Source of the DNA: an uncultured virus (IMG/VR IMGVR_UViG_3300032330_002160)
Taxonomy: Duplodnaviria > Heunggongvirae > Uroviricota > Caudoviricetes
Reading direction: 5' to 3' (one strand)
DNA: 53,949 nt
IMG/VR virus record: IMGVR_UViG_3300032330_002160
The translations under genes and the position numbers were made by a program. The notes below the pieces were generated by a model. It was not told the origin of the DNA and did not search any database. It was given only the letters and a program-made list of their open reading frames with translations. Below are positions 24,901-33,300 of the stretch, piece by piece (the stretch's first letter is position 1; each line of letters opens with the position of its first letter).

Positions 24901-27634
24901 AAAAATTAATCAATTAAATTTAGAAAATATTAATAAATTATCAGCCGGATTTGCAAAATTAAATATTGCCACTTTAAAGTTAGTTGATGGAATTGAAAAA
25001 TCTGATAATTTACGATTAGATCAAATGCAAACAATGGCTTCTGCTCAAAGTATTGCATCTGGTCAAAGTTTGACTGGAGAATTAGGTCCAAATCCACAAT
25101 TACAATTAAATGTTGCAGCGTTACAACAATCTAGAGTATTGGGTATGGCTGGTCGCCCAGACTTATTGGGTAATACTGCTGGAATAGGTGAAGCATTAAG
25201 AGAAGCTCAAGATCGTCAACGGGAAATAGAAAAAAACCCAGTCGGATCTCCATTAGAACAAACAAAAGCTTTTAGTAATGCTGGAGCACAAGTTGATTTA
25301 TTTAGAAAAGCTTTGCAAGATTCAATACCAAAAATGCAACAAGTTGCAGGAGAATATACTAAACAAGCAAATGAAATGCAAAAACAAAGAATGGCTGGAG
25401 CAAGCTTAGCGAAAAAATTAGCCCTAGGAGGAAGAGAAACAAGGCAAGAATATAAATCTGGAGAAAAAGTTTTTAATAAATTAATATCTGGACAAATTAC
25501 TCAAGAACAAGTAATGAGAAGTCCTCGGCTAGCTAAACAATTAGAGTCTTTTCAACAAATGCATCAAGGTGTTGATTATCGAGGAATGAATGTTGAAGAT
25601 ACAATAAATAAAATGGTATATTCTGGGGCAGCTGAACAGCGTGGTTTTGGACCAACTGCTAAACAAGAAGCGGCTGTTAGAATGCAAGCTGCGCAAGCCC
25701 AAGGAATGGCAGCTGATGCTCAAGATCAATTGAATCTAAGTGCTGCTAAAGCTATTACAGCTGGAGAACAAGCTTTAGTTAGCAGTCAAGATAGTTTAAG
25801 GCTAGAAATAGAAAAATTAAACCTACAAATGCAATTAGCTCAAGATAAAACTAAAGAGCCTAGTGCTGAAATTAAAGCTGACATGAAAGGAAAAAGAGAA
25901 TTATTAGATTCAGTAGCCAATAATAAATTAACAAAAGAAGAAGAACAAATAAAACAAGATAAGGGTTTAGAAATAGCATCGTTTAGACAAACAAGAGAGC
26001 AAGAAAAAAAATATTCAGATGCCCAAACTAAATCAGAAGAATCTTTACAAGAAGCTTTGGATGCTGGACCAAAAGAAAATGCAAGGATGCAAGCTTTATT
26101 AAATAGTAAAAAAACAGTAGAAGATTATGGAAAAGGCACAACCACAGATGCCGTCAAAAAAAGACAACAACTAGCACAAGCAACTGGTTTAGAAGAAAAT
26201 GATGTTCATGCTATTTTAACACAAGCTCAAATGGGAATAGGAAATAATGGTAAACCAACTAGTTTTAGTAAAGCGTTAGAAATTCGACAGGGGATGGAAT
26301 CAGATAAACTTGATAGTCTAAAAGGAAGATTGGGAACTTCTGGACTTACAGTAGTAAATAAAGAAGATGCTGTTGCTAAAGCGAAAGCAGAAATTGAAGC
26401 AAAAGGTGGGTCTGAAAAAGTTGAAAAAGAAGTAAGTACATTTGAAAAAGCTGAATCTGAAAGAAAGGCAAGGATAAAAGAAAAAGAAGATAGAATAAAA
26501 GCTATAGAGGACATTAATAAACCTCCTCAAGAATTAATGGGTCCTCCGGCCCCACCAAACGGCAAACAAATTGCCGCAGTAAAAGTTTCTGCCGCCGATA
26601 CTCAACCAGTTGCTATTGCACAAAATCCTGCTGCAAGTGGCGTTGCTGCGCCAACGAAGCCTTCCATTTCAGAAAGGTTAAACGCTGAATTGCATTCTAA
26701 CGCAACATTACCACCACAACCAATGACTGTAGAAGAACGCAGTGCGTTTACAGCAAACCTTCAACAAGCTTCAGCTATAGCGCAAACTAGTGAGGCATCT
26801 TCGAGGCCTTCTACTGCACAAAATGAATTAATGGGACCTATGGACCTAATGGGTCCTCATGAGGCCCCTAATAATCAAAATTTACAAAATAAATTAATAG
26901 ACATAGGACCTCCTCTTCCGTCAGTAATAACTGAACCTTATGACGCAGAAACTACTTCAAGTAATGTAACAACAAATACTCCTACAAAAATGGAAACTTG
27001 GAAAAAATCGGGTGGCGATCCAAGATATAAACCATTGCCTCAATCTATGATTAGCGGTGGAGATCCAAGATTTAAACGATTACCTCAATCTATGACTAGT
27101 GGCGGAGATCCAAGATTTAGAAGAGTTCCTCAATTTTTTATGCCCGGAAAAAATCAATGGAAAGGTCCCGGAGCAGATACTACTGGCATAATGGGGCCGC
27201 CAGCTCCGCCTTCTATAAATCAAAATTCTGCAATAATGGGACCGCCAGCTCCACCTTCTATTGGTCAAAATAATGTTATGTCTAATAATGGTGCTGCACC
27301 TCAAAATAATCAAAGTAATACAAATTTAAATCAATCGACTTCTTTTAATCAAACAGCTGCGAGCTTTACTGGTTTTACAGCATCTTTTGATAATAGCATT
27401 GCTAATTTTAATTCTGCTATTGAAAATTTTGGTGTAAAAGTTGGAGAATTTGCAGCTGCCGTCTCGGTAATTCCATCATCTCTAACAGTAAATGGTGAAA
27501 TTGGAGCTAGCGTAACAACAAATGCTGCCGGAATAGTTACTCAAATATCCGAAGCCGTTAATGCTATGATAGCTAGACAAGTAATTAAATCATTGCCAAC
27601 ACCATCAATGGATGAAGCATCTAAACCTTCATAA
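18971..27634 (+). CDS. Tail tape measure protein (TP901-like N-terminal domain) with internal enzymatic domains
   Basis: About 2887 aa. FDREMVKLKQV..., INAVAGEFAVEASDL and TTRESAESISTGLRTIFTRIQ are tape-measure motifs. Long helical regions and a Gly-zipper segment. ATG 18971 follows GGAG. Confidence 0.9.
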   Translation: MAYNVTAQLNLQLNPQSINQIAQALNSITNGRSIGGNLFNTNQIRDVTNELNNTKNAMMQFGEQAGLAAKRFGAFTLVAGSLVQITQGFRSMISEAVAFDREMVKLKQVSNETAGSGVAAIRQEIDRLSTGLGVSSSQLARVSVILKQANLNLGETKTALEALALSALAPNFDSMEKTAEGAIAVLKQFKIPVEELKSSLGSINAVAGEFAVEASDLIGVIQRTGGAFKAAGGNLNELLALFTSVRQTTRESAESISTGLRTIFTRIQRTGTADALREVGVNLRYTRDEALALGNVNLTSQFVGAYEAVRRLSVALNQIPSTSPKFAQLVEELGGYRQISKVIPLIQEFSISQNALNVAITGGSSLMNSAAAAQGSFGNRLDKLKESYLQFGRALLDSSSFKTLFTMFETGAKSALMLLEALKPLLPMLTVFATMKIAQGIGSFGAGFVKGVAPVKKSSGGLLHFKKGGIVPGSGHGDIVPAMLEPGEMVIPKRMVKKYSFGGPHTADIDEEALNNPSGFRSFMKGSTTINPKTGKYRKFFHGTKGQDFDYFSNAHARNTWFGRGHYFSADAKVASRYSETDATAGGYDPGARVMSTTLQMKNPYTWNSDKSLKDFMTKGGKKIKSINGQFDQKDWDEIVKKGVLPEDISQGTLDHLNKIFTKFPSIAKKWNQAYSEKIDKDGNKIIKGMSPESKMKFVAHGATQTLKKQGYDSVNVDYGLGKDYFNASTVFHPKQIKSLGNEGKWDPSLKEIGKNLGGLIQKFAIGGDVDESKINNPEGFRAFMKGSKNLNAETGKYKKFFHGTRGDNFNTFNNSKTGGNFYGKAHYFTQDYDSASSYSGQDTVRNIGSRVLPTTLQMKNPYSWDEDKSINDLVTAGEALKARNGKLDRRTWNERIEMGAFPEDISEDTLNHANKIFARFPSIAQAFNKMDTAQQRKFFSHVASKALQKQGFDSINIGTDYSAVFKSNQIKSLYNTGTWDSKNTDIMKNLGGYIERKRFMAGSPGGVQKIAPPVPSKSITKGRALRSISNLENIASNTKILNGDEKEIFPAKYQFKAPINMVKLYISPQKKAGLAKGGRGWEKYIAKTLGYELVNIDESKFPYDLKKSEGYYADAKDMDYNSAMVIEGRKKALNMLLLNNFKKYGYRYSDIKKQTIQLPKNQLSAQLNNTELKVGGTGIITANESDLIFPTTNPNPSFQKKASGGFIVPGVGDTDSVPMDLPVGSYVIKKSSTKKMGFANGGVVPAILTPGELVIDPKTASGIGRAKLDHMNRTGRSAFGKGGRVGFAWGGGTGTGSSGNPINDLLSFSAFDQMDSGMRLAAENLAKLALRTGLASDVQESYNVAIKQLKDVTDKVIKEREQLAFLESMGAQGTAAYTQQKLKLAQAEQQANNILNRANQARVQDQPDQLATIRSKKELQDAGISPTSQDSIDMAVTSTVIARKRGEIEKEYMESVMLQIKAAHPNLQADEQLALAKKMYEEALVKGTMAVNSQTGAIEGDTRYKAKGFDAANLLQQEQNANKPKKESLLRRGISAVKDQWNNNPEMKSMVMGAGLSYLGEGFDRLAGDAKTANESGTTSSYISSKGAAGSLQGASMGMQMGSVLGPYGMLGGAVLGGAAGYLSSSNTAEKELKDAKASESQSKLEEKLNSIIKNPKEKVDMALISAAINENAQNAKSSAGHMTISDSLGFGRSKLDIQQDVFQASREAKQKTAGQTSSIVTSQLSKQMMSSTTGKETDAQLYALGTAAVEASSDFESLVEASRQVGESFAKARERIVKDAASMARAEAAKKAGLELEKTIGRSNTFLKTFADNLEGASVRVQKSFSQFDSIMASLDSGSRQMQSYELEKNAKVFSNPTAYSSSEFKSTIESTFSNYSPDLTQGLANQYGPMADIGNKLPQILADSVNDANPIEAVERKLSEMVGGKDDPNVKAIINSLTAKLGGKDSLKDISGDTSKLAEELMKPIMDPMANYGAKINQLNLENINKLSAGFAKLNIATLKLVDGIEKSDNLRLDQMQTMASAQSIASGQSLTGELGPNPQLQLNVAALQQSRVLGMAGRPDLLGNTAGIGEALREAQDRQREIEKNPVGSPLEQTKAFSNAGAQVDLFRKALQDSIPKMQQVAGEYTKQANEMQKQRMAGASLAKKLALGGRETRQEYKSGEKVFNKLISGQITQEQVMRSPRLAKQLESFQQMHQGVDYRGMNVEDTINKMVYSGAAEQRGFGPTAKQEAAVRMQAAQAQGMAADAQDQLNLSAAKAITAGEQALVSSQDSLRLEIEKLNLQMQLAQDKTKEPSAEIKADMKGKRELLDSVANNKLTKEEEQIKQDKGLEIASFRQTREQEKKYSDAQTKSEESLQEALDAGPKENARMQALLNSKKTVEDYGKGTTTDAVKKRQQLAQATGLEENDVHAILTQAQMGIGNNGKPTSFSKALEIRQGMESDKLDSLKGRLGTSGLTVVNKEDAVAKAKAEIEAKGGSEKVEKEVSTFEKAESERKARIKEKEDRIKAIEDINKPPQELMGPPAPPNGKQIAAVKVSAADTQPVAIAQNPAASGVAAPTKPSISERLNAELHSNATLPPQPMTVEERSAFTANLQQASAIAQTSEASSRPSTAQNELMGPMDLMGPHEAPNNQNLQNKLIDIGPPLPSVITEPYDAETTSSNVTTNTPTKMETWKKSGGDPRYKPLPQSMISGGDPRFKRLPQSMTSGGDPRFRRVPQFFMPGKNQWKGPGADTTGIMGPPAPPSINQNSAIMGPPAPPSIGQNNVMSNNGAAPQNNQSNTNLNQSTSFNQTAASFTGFTASFDNSIANFNSAIENFGVKVGEFAAAVSVIPSSLTVNGEIGASVTTNAAGIVTQISEAVNAMIARQVIKSLPTPSMDEASKPS
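20490..21950 (+). repeat. Tandem duplication of an ADP-ribosyltransferase-like domain inside the TMP
   Basis: Two ~230-250 aa copies: FFHGT, GxxHYF, A..YS, LQMKNPY, QG(Y/F)DS, VF..xQIKS. A 27-nt block is identical at 20759 and 21533. Confidence 0.85.
27011..27270 (+). repeat. 45-nt coding repeats in the TMP C-terminus (GGDPR x3; IMGPPAPPSI x2)
   Basis: Visible directly in DNA and protein. Confidence 0.85.
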
Positions 27635-27643
27635 GGAGCAATC

Positions 27644-28408
27644 ATGCCAGACGGAATTGTAGGATCAAATGATGGTTTTTTTGGAAATTTCCTTCTGGGA
27701 TATAATCCCAATGCCGATATTTACATTAACAATAGTAATTTAAATGCTTTTATTCAGGGGGCAAGTCCAGCAAACAGTGGAAATGTTAATCTTAGTTTAA
27801 GATCTTTAGGTGTTGGAGAAAATACAATTAATCTCTACACACAAGGAGCATTCATTGGTTCTGGATTATTAAATATATCTACTGAAGGTTTTATTCCAAA
27901 TAGTTCAAATAACTTAAATATTAGTCTTGATGGATCAACATCTAATAAATATAATTATTCAAAAAATAATATTAATTTTTATATTAATGGTAAAAAAAGA
28001 TCGTCAGAAGACTCTTTAAATATTTACTTAAATAGTTCAATGACTGATCTTAAAAATGATTCAATTAATATAACAATTGATAATCCAGAAAGTAAATATA
28101 ATAAAAAAGCAGATATAAATTTATCAATATTAAGCGAAATAATAAAATATGAAGAAACATTAAATTTATCAATACAAAATACAGGAAATATTACTTCCGA
28201 TAATGTAAATATTTCTGTTTTTGGTTATCCTATTAAGGAAACTGGAATAAATATGTCTATCTCAGGAGCACTTCCAAACCAATCAAACTCTTACATGAAT
28301 ATGATGATTCAAGGTCCAAAAAATAATGCCACAGGATTAAATTTAACAATAAAACCATCATTGCTTATGGATAATTATGTTAATATTAATATAATAGGAG
28401 GAAGATAA
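27644..28408 (+). CDS. Asn/Ile-rich repetitive virion protein
   Basis: AGGAG RBS; repeated (I/L)N(L/I)xI strands suggest a beta-solenoid. Confidence 0.55.
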   Translation: MPDGIVGSNDGFFGNFLLGYNPNADIYINNSNLNAFIQGASPANSGNVNLSLRSLGVGENTINLYTQGAFIGSGLLNISTEGFIPNSSNNLNISLDGSTSNKYNYSKNNINFYINGKKRSSEDSLNIYLNSSMTDLKNDSINITIDNPESKYNKKADINLSILSEIIKYEETLNLSIQNTGNITSDNVNISVFGYPIKETGINMSISGALPNQSNSYMNMMIQGPKNNATGLNLTIKPSLLMDNYVNINIIGGR

Positions 28409-30354
28409 TGCCAGTTCAATATAATAATCAAGCTTTAGTACCAGCACCCACGGCAACAATTTCAACCAATTTTGATCGCTATGAAGATGGTTTATACAAA
28501 AAATCTTTATTTACTATAACTTTAAAAGGTAAATTATTTGCTGATCGTGGTGGCGTTTTTAAAAATGAAGATGGTGCTGGGGCAACTGTAGATTATACTG
28601 ATGGAATTTTATATGCCGGTCAAAATCCAAACGAATTTCAAAATTCAGAACAGTTAGTTAGTCAATCTAATCCTCCTTCTAGTTGGTCATCTCAAGATAC
28701 TAATACTGGATATGTAAAACAACAAGCTTTACATAAAAAAATATTAGCTCTTTATGCGGCAATTGATCCTGCTAGAGGTCAAGGAGATTTAGTTGATCGT
28801 GTTTCACAACCTCAAACTTCTGAAATTGGAAGACCGGGATTCTTAGTTATTACTGGTTGGTCAACAGGATTAGGACAAGAAAATAGCAGAATAGAATGTT
28901 TTGCTAGAGTCAAAAGCATAGAAATCCCAGAAGGTGGTTGGAATGTTTTTGTTGATTATACAATTACATTAGAATCAGAATATATTAGAATATATGATGG
29001 TGTTACTAAACATGTTTTGGGTTCAGATACAGATTCAGTTCCTATTGATGAAAGTTGGTCGTTTGAACCATCTGATGATGATGAAAGATATTTTAAACTT
29101 TCTAGAACTTTAAATGCCCAGTCTTTAGGGAAAAGAAGTAAAAATAATAATCAAATTTATACTTCTGGTTGGGTATTAGCTCGTAACGCAATTGCAAAAG
29201 CTCTTTCTCCAGACAATACCATTTCTAATGGTGTTCCATTTTTTAATATTGTTGGATCAAATGGTCAGCCTAATGCAAATTCTAAATTTTTGTCAAGTGG
29301 TGCTGGCATACAACCAAATGCTGACATATTTATATTTCCTTCTAATTCTTTAGATTTTATTCAAGGAACTGGAACAGAAATTCAATTTAATAATTTTTTA
29401 AATGGAAATGGTGGTTTTATTTGTTATAATCCAAAAAGAAATATTACAATTGATAAAAATGCCGGTAAAGTTTCAGCAACAGAAAATTGGAGTTGCGCTA
29501 CAAGAAAATCATTTTTAGATACTTCAGGTTTAAAAAACGCATTTGCCTTAGAAGACTTTGAAATTAATATTGCTGATAGCAATGACAATAATAGTTTAGA
29601 TATTTCAGTAAGAGGTACAATTACTGGGGTTAGATTTTTACCAACAGATAGTATTGTTGACAAATTTAATAGAGCTTCTAATAGCTTTAATAATATATCA
29701 GCAAATAATTATGCTGTAGTTAAATCTAGAATTAATAGTCAATTTGGAGCTTTAGGAATTTATTCTAGTAGTTTATACCCTCAAGGATTGCCTTTAACTA
29801 GACATATTAAGTCAGAAATTGGCAAAAATCCTGCTGCTGGAACAATTACCTATTCATTAAATTATATAACAAAAGATTTTATTGATATTACGACATTAAC
29901 TTGTAGTGGAGTTACCCAAAATACCAAAAAGGCTTTTGCTTTAGTAAAAGATCATACTATAACAGTTAAAGATACTGGCCCATCACATTTGTCTGCTGAA
30001 ATGCAAGTATTTAATAGGGCTGCTGGACCAATAATTTATGCTGTCGGATCTACAAGTAAAACTACAAGAACAATTAGTATTAGCGTAAATTTTGATAGAT
30101 TTCCAGCTGTTGGAAAAACAGTTGTTGGAATTTCTGGATTAATAAATGGCCAACCAAATGTAACAACAATTTCTGGCCCAGTAACTTTACCAACTACTCA
30201 GGAAATTTTTGAAGCATATAATTGTATATATGGATTGTGGGATAGTGCGTCTTTGAAATTAAAAGGCCCATTGTTTTTAGATAGTGTAGAATCAGATTAC
30301 GATTTGCTAACTGGAAAATGGAATGGATCTATAACAATAACATCGAGTAATTAA
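28408..30354 (+). CDS. Putative distal tail/baseplate protein
   Basis: Follows the TMP. Beta-rich with ITLKG, ESWSFE, SATENW, ISVRGTITG and GTITYS motifs. Confidence 0.45.
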   Translation: MPVQYNNQALVPAPTATISTNFDRYEDGLYKKSLFTITLKGKLFADRGGVFKNEDGAGATVDYTDGILYAGQNPNEFQNSEQLVSQSNPPSSWSSQDTNTGYVKQQALHKKILALYAAIDPARGQGDLVDRVSQPQTSEIGRPGFLVITGWSTGLGQENSRIECFARVKSIEIPEGGWNVFVDYTITLESEYIRIYDGVTKHVLGSDTDSVPIDESWSFEPSDDDERYFKLSRTLNAQSLGKRSKNNNQIYTSGWVLARNAIAKALSPDNTISNGVPFFNIVGSNGQPNANSKFLSSGAGIQPNADIFIFPSNSLDFIQGTGTEIQFNNFLNGNGGFICYNPKRNITIDKNAGKVSATENWSCATRKSFLDTSGLKNAFALEDFEINIADSNDNNSLDISVRGTITGVRFLPTDSIVDKFNRASNSFNNISANNYAVVKSRINSQFGALGIYSSSLYPQGLPLTRHIKSEIGKNPAAGTITYSLNYITKDFIDITTLTCSGVTQNTKKAFALVKDHTITVKDTGPSHLSAEMQVFNRAAGPIIYAVGSTSKTTRTISISVNFDRFPAVGKTVVGISGLINGQPNVTTISGPVTLPTTQEIFEAYNCIYGLWDSASLKLKGPLFLDSVESDYDLLTGKWNGSITITSSN

Positions 30355-30355
30355 A

Positions 30356-33300
30356 ATGCCAACACCTTTTTCTAATTCCGATAAATTTAATCAAAATAAA
30401 GCTCAATGGTCTGGAAATCAAACTGTTGATAATTCAAGCGCACAACCAATTTTAAATGAATTAAATTGGTCTGTAAATCCAAATACATATGTTAATGGAA
30501 AAAAACCACAATCTTTTTGGTCTCCAGCAGATGGTTCTGATCTCAAACCAATTATTTGGAATGATTTTGTCGTAGTGTCAGCAACAGCAAACTTTTCAAA
30601 CAATGGAAATAGTGCATCAACATTAAATATGAAGTTAATTCCAAATAAAACTTTTTTTGAAAGAGCAAAAGCTACAAAACATTATACAACCTTATTTGAT
30701 CCAACATATGGAGTTGGGCATGATAGAAATGAATATTCTTCCTCAATAACTGAAAAAAATATTACTTATACATATATTCCTAATGTTGGATCTGTTCCTA
30801 ATAATATTTCTGTATATACTGGTAATACTTTTAGCAATTTTGATTATAAAACTCTTGATTCTTCAAATCCAAGATATGATAGTCAATCTTTTGTCAGAAA
30901 TGGTTTTGGAGATAAAAATCTTATTTTTTCTGATGATGGTCCAGATTCCATCCTTTCTCCAGACGGTTTGCCGTTATTTTTAAAGCCTTGGTATACAAGA
31001 ATTGGAGAGCCAACCAATTTATCAATAGGCAAATTTAATTTTGGTGGAATAATTAGTTCATGGAAAATTATTAAAGGATCAGATGGTTTTCATTATGAAT
31101 GCGTAATAACTGATCCAACTGAAATTTTAAAAGGCGTTAATATAATTGTATCAAATTATAAAGGGCCAAGTGGATATTTTAATGTAATAAATGCTTTTGG
31201 ATATTTTGAATCTATAACTGGTGGAGATCCGTATAATAAAACTTATAATTATGTAAGACAACCAAAAGTTGATACTAATGCAACTAGCGATGTTGATATT
31301 CAATATTTGCCAGAAAATAATTTTAATTATAATGTTAATAATGACATTATAGGAATGAGAATTAGTGATATAGCTTATTGTTTAGGAGCTCTTTTAAGAG
31401 CTCCATCTTCAACTTTTGATTTAAAAAATCAATATGGACAAATAGAATCTCCAAGAGTTTATGGCGGACCAATTGTTTTTGGTCATCGCGAAACTATGAA
31501 TTGGTATAATGTTGATTTATCTATTTTTAATCTTGTGGCAGAAAATTATTTTGTAGAAGGTAGCGGCGGAGTTATTAGTCTTTATGATTTATTTTCTATG
31601 ATTTGTAGTGATGCTGGCTATGATATGATTGTGACTTTGGAAGGCAATAATATCAAGCCAAAATTTGTAAATCGTAATTTCGCCTCTTCTGAAAATACTA
31701 TACCATTAGCAATACAATCTTTATCATCTTCAGGTAATAATGTTATTGATTCATCTTATGGTTATGAATTGATTGAACAAAATACAACTGGTCAATTATT
31801 GATTGGATCACCAAAAGAAATTTTTTATCAAACTACAGCAATACGATCAGTCTATGGAAGTAATCGTGGCCAACCAATTTTAGGTATACCCGGAAAAATT
31901 ACTATTACTTTACCGAGTTTAGTTCAATTTAATAATCTTCCTGAAAATGAAGGGGTAAAAAGGCTTGGAGAAGTTGGATCAATTAATGTAATTTTAACGA
32001 AAAATGTAAAAAATCAAATAAATGGTAAAATTGAAAAAATACCAATTGGTAATTCTAGAGCTAGAATAGGTTTTTATAGCAAACAATTTGATGTGGAATT
32101 TGTAAAAATACCATTACCATTGCAAATAGTTAAATATTTTGGAGTTGAATATGTAACTAATACTTTAGAAATGATGTTAGTAAAATCACAAAATGGTTCA
32201 GTTTTGTGGGAAAAATATTTAAGATATGCTAAACCATCACTTTGGAAATTTTTATATGGTTATGAAGAAGATGGAGTTAATGATGTATCTCAACTTCCTA
32301 AAGATCATAGTCAAACTGGAAGCGTAGCAATTGATGAAATTTATGAAGAAAAAATGGGATATTCATCATTAAGTAGAGACGAATTAGCAAATAGATTATT
32401 TCAAAATATAACAAGTTATGCTGATAGTTGGGGCAAATATTACGCTGTTAGTTTGCCTGATAAAGCAAGTTTTATAGGCGTAGAAAATGAATTTAATATA
32501 TCTAAAAATTTTAATTCATTAAAAACAGAATCAGAAACTTTATATAATGGAAGTTTAGGGCCAACATTAGGAAATAGAAAGTTTCATTATAATACTAAAA
32601 GCGAAACATATATAGACGTTAATCCTTATTGGAATGAATCAAATATATATTATCCAAATGCAAAAGGCGAATACTTTAAAAGATCTACCGTAGTTAATTC
32701 TCAAAATTTTCCATCTCAATCAAATATATCATATCCTATGGATATGCAAGAAAATACATTAGGTCAATTTTTAAATGATAGTCAATCTATTGGTCCTGTT
32801 GCAGAATACACAAATTTACGCTTATTTTTAAGTGATAGCTCAACAATATCAGAAGATGGAGAAGTAGTAGGTTCTTTTAACATTAAAGAACCAGATCCAG
32901 ATTTACAATCTTTAAATTCTCCTAATTATTTAGGTTATAGTGGAAATGATTTTTTAAATGGAATATATCCAAATAATGAAAAAGAAACATTGGTAGCAAA
33001 AGGTAATTTAGTAGAAAATTTAACTTTTATGCATCCTTTATTTAGTATGGAACTAGATAAAGTTGAACCTTATAATTCTTTAATAACATTAAATCAACCT
33101 CAAGTTAATTTTGGAGTAACTTACGAAGAAGAATTCTATGGTTCTGATACAATGGCCGGAGCTTATAATGATATAGTTATTGACGAATATGAATATAATG
33201 ATGTTATTGGCGAAAAATTAAAAATTATTTTAGATAAAAGAAATGCAGTTAATGATTTAGAAAATCCAGATTTATCTGTAACATATGCTCCCGAAGTTAT

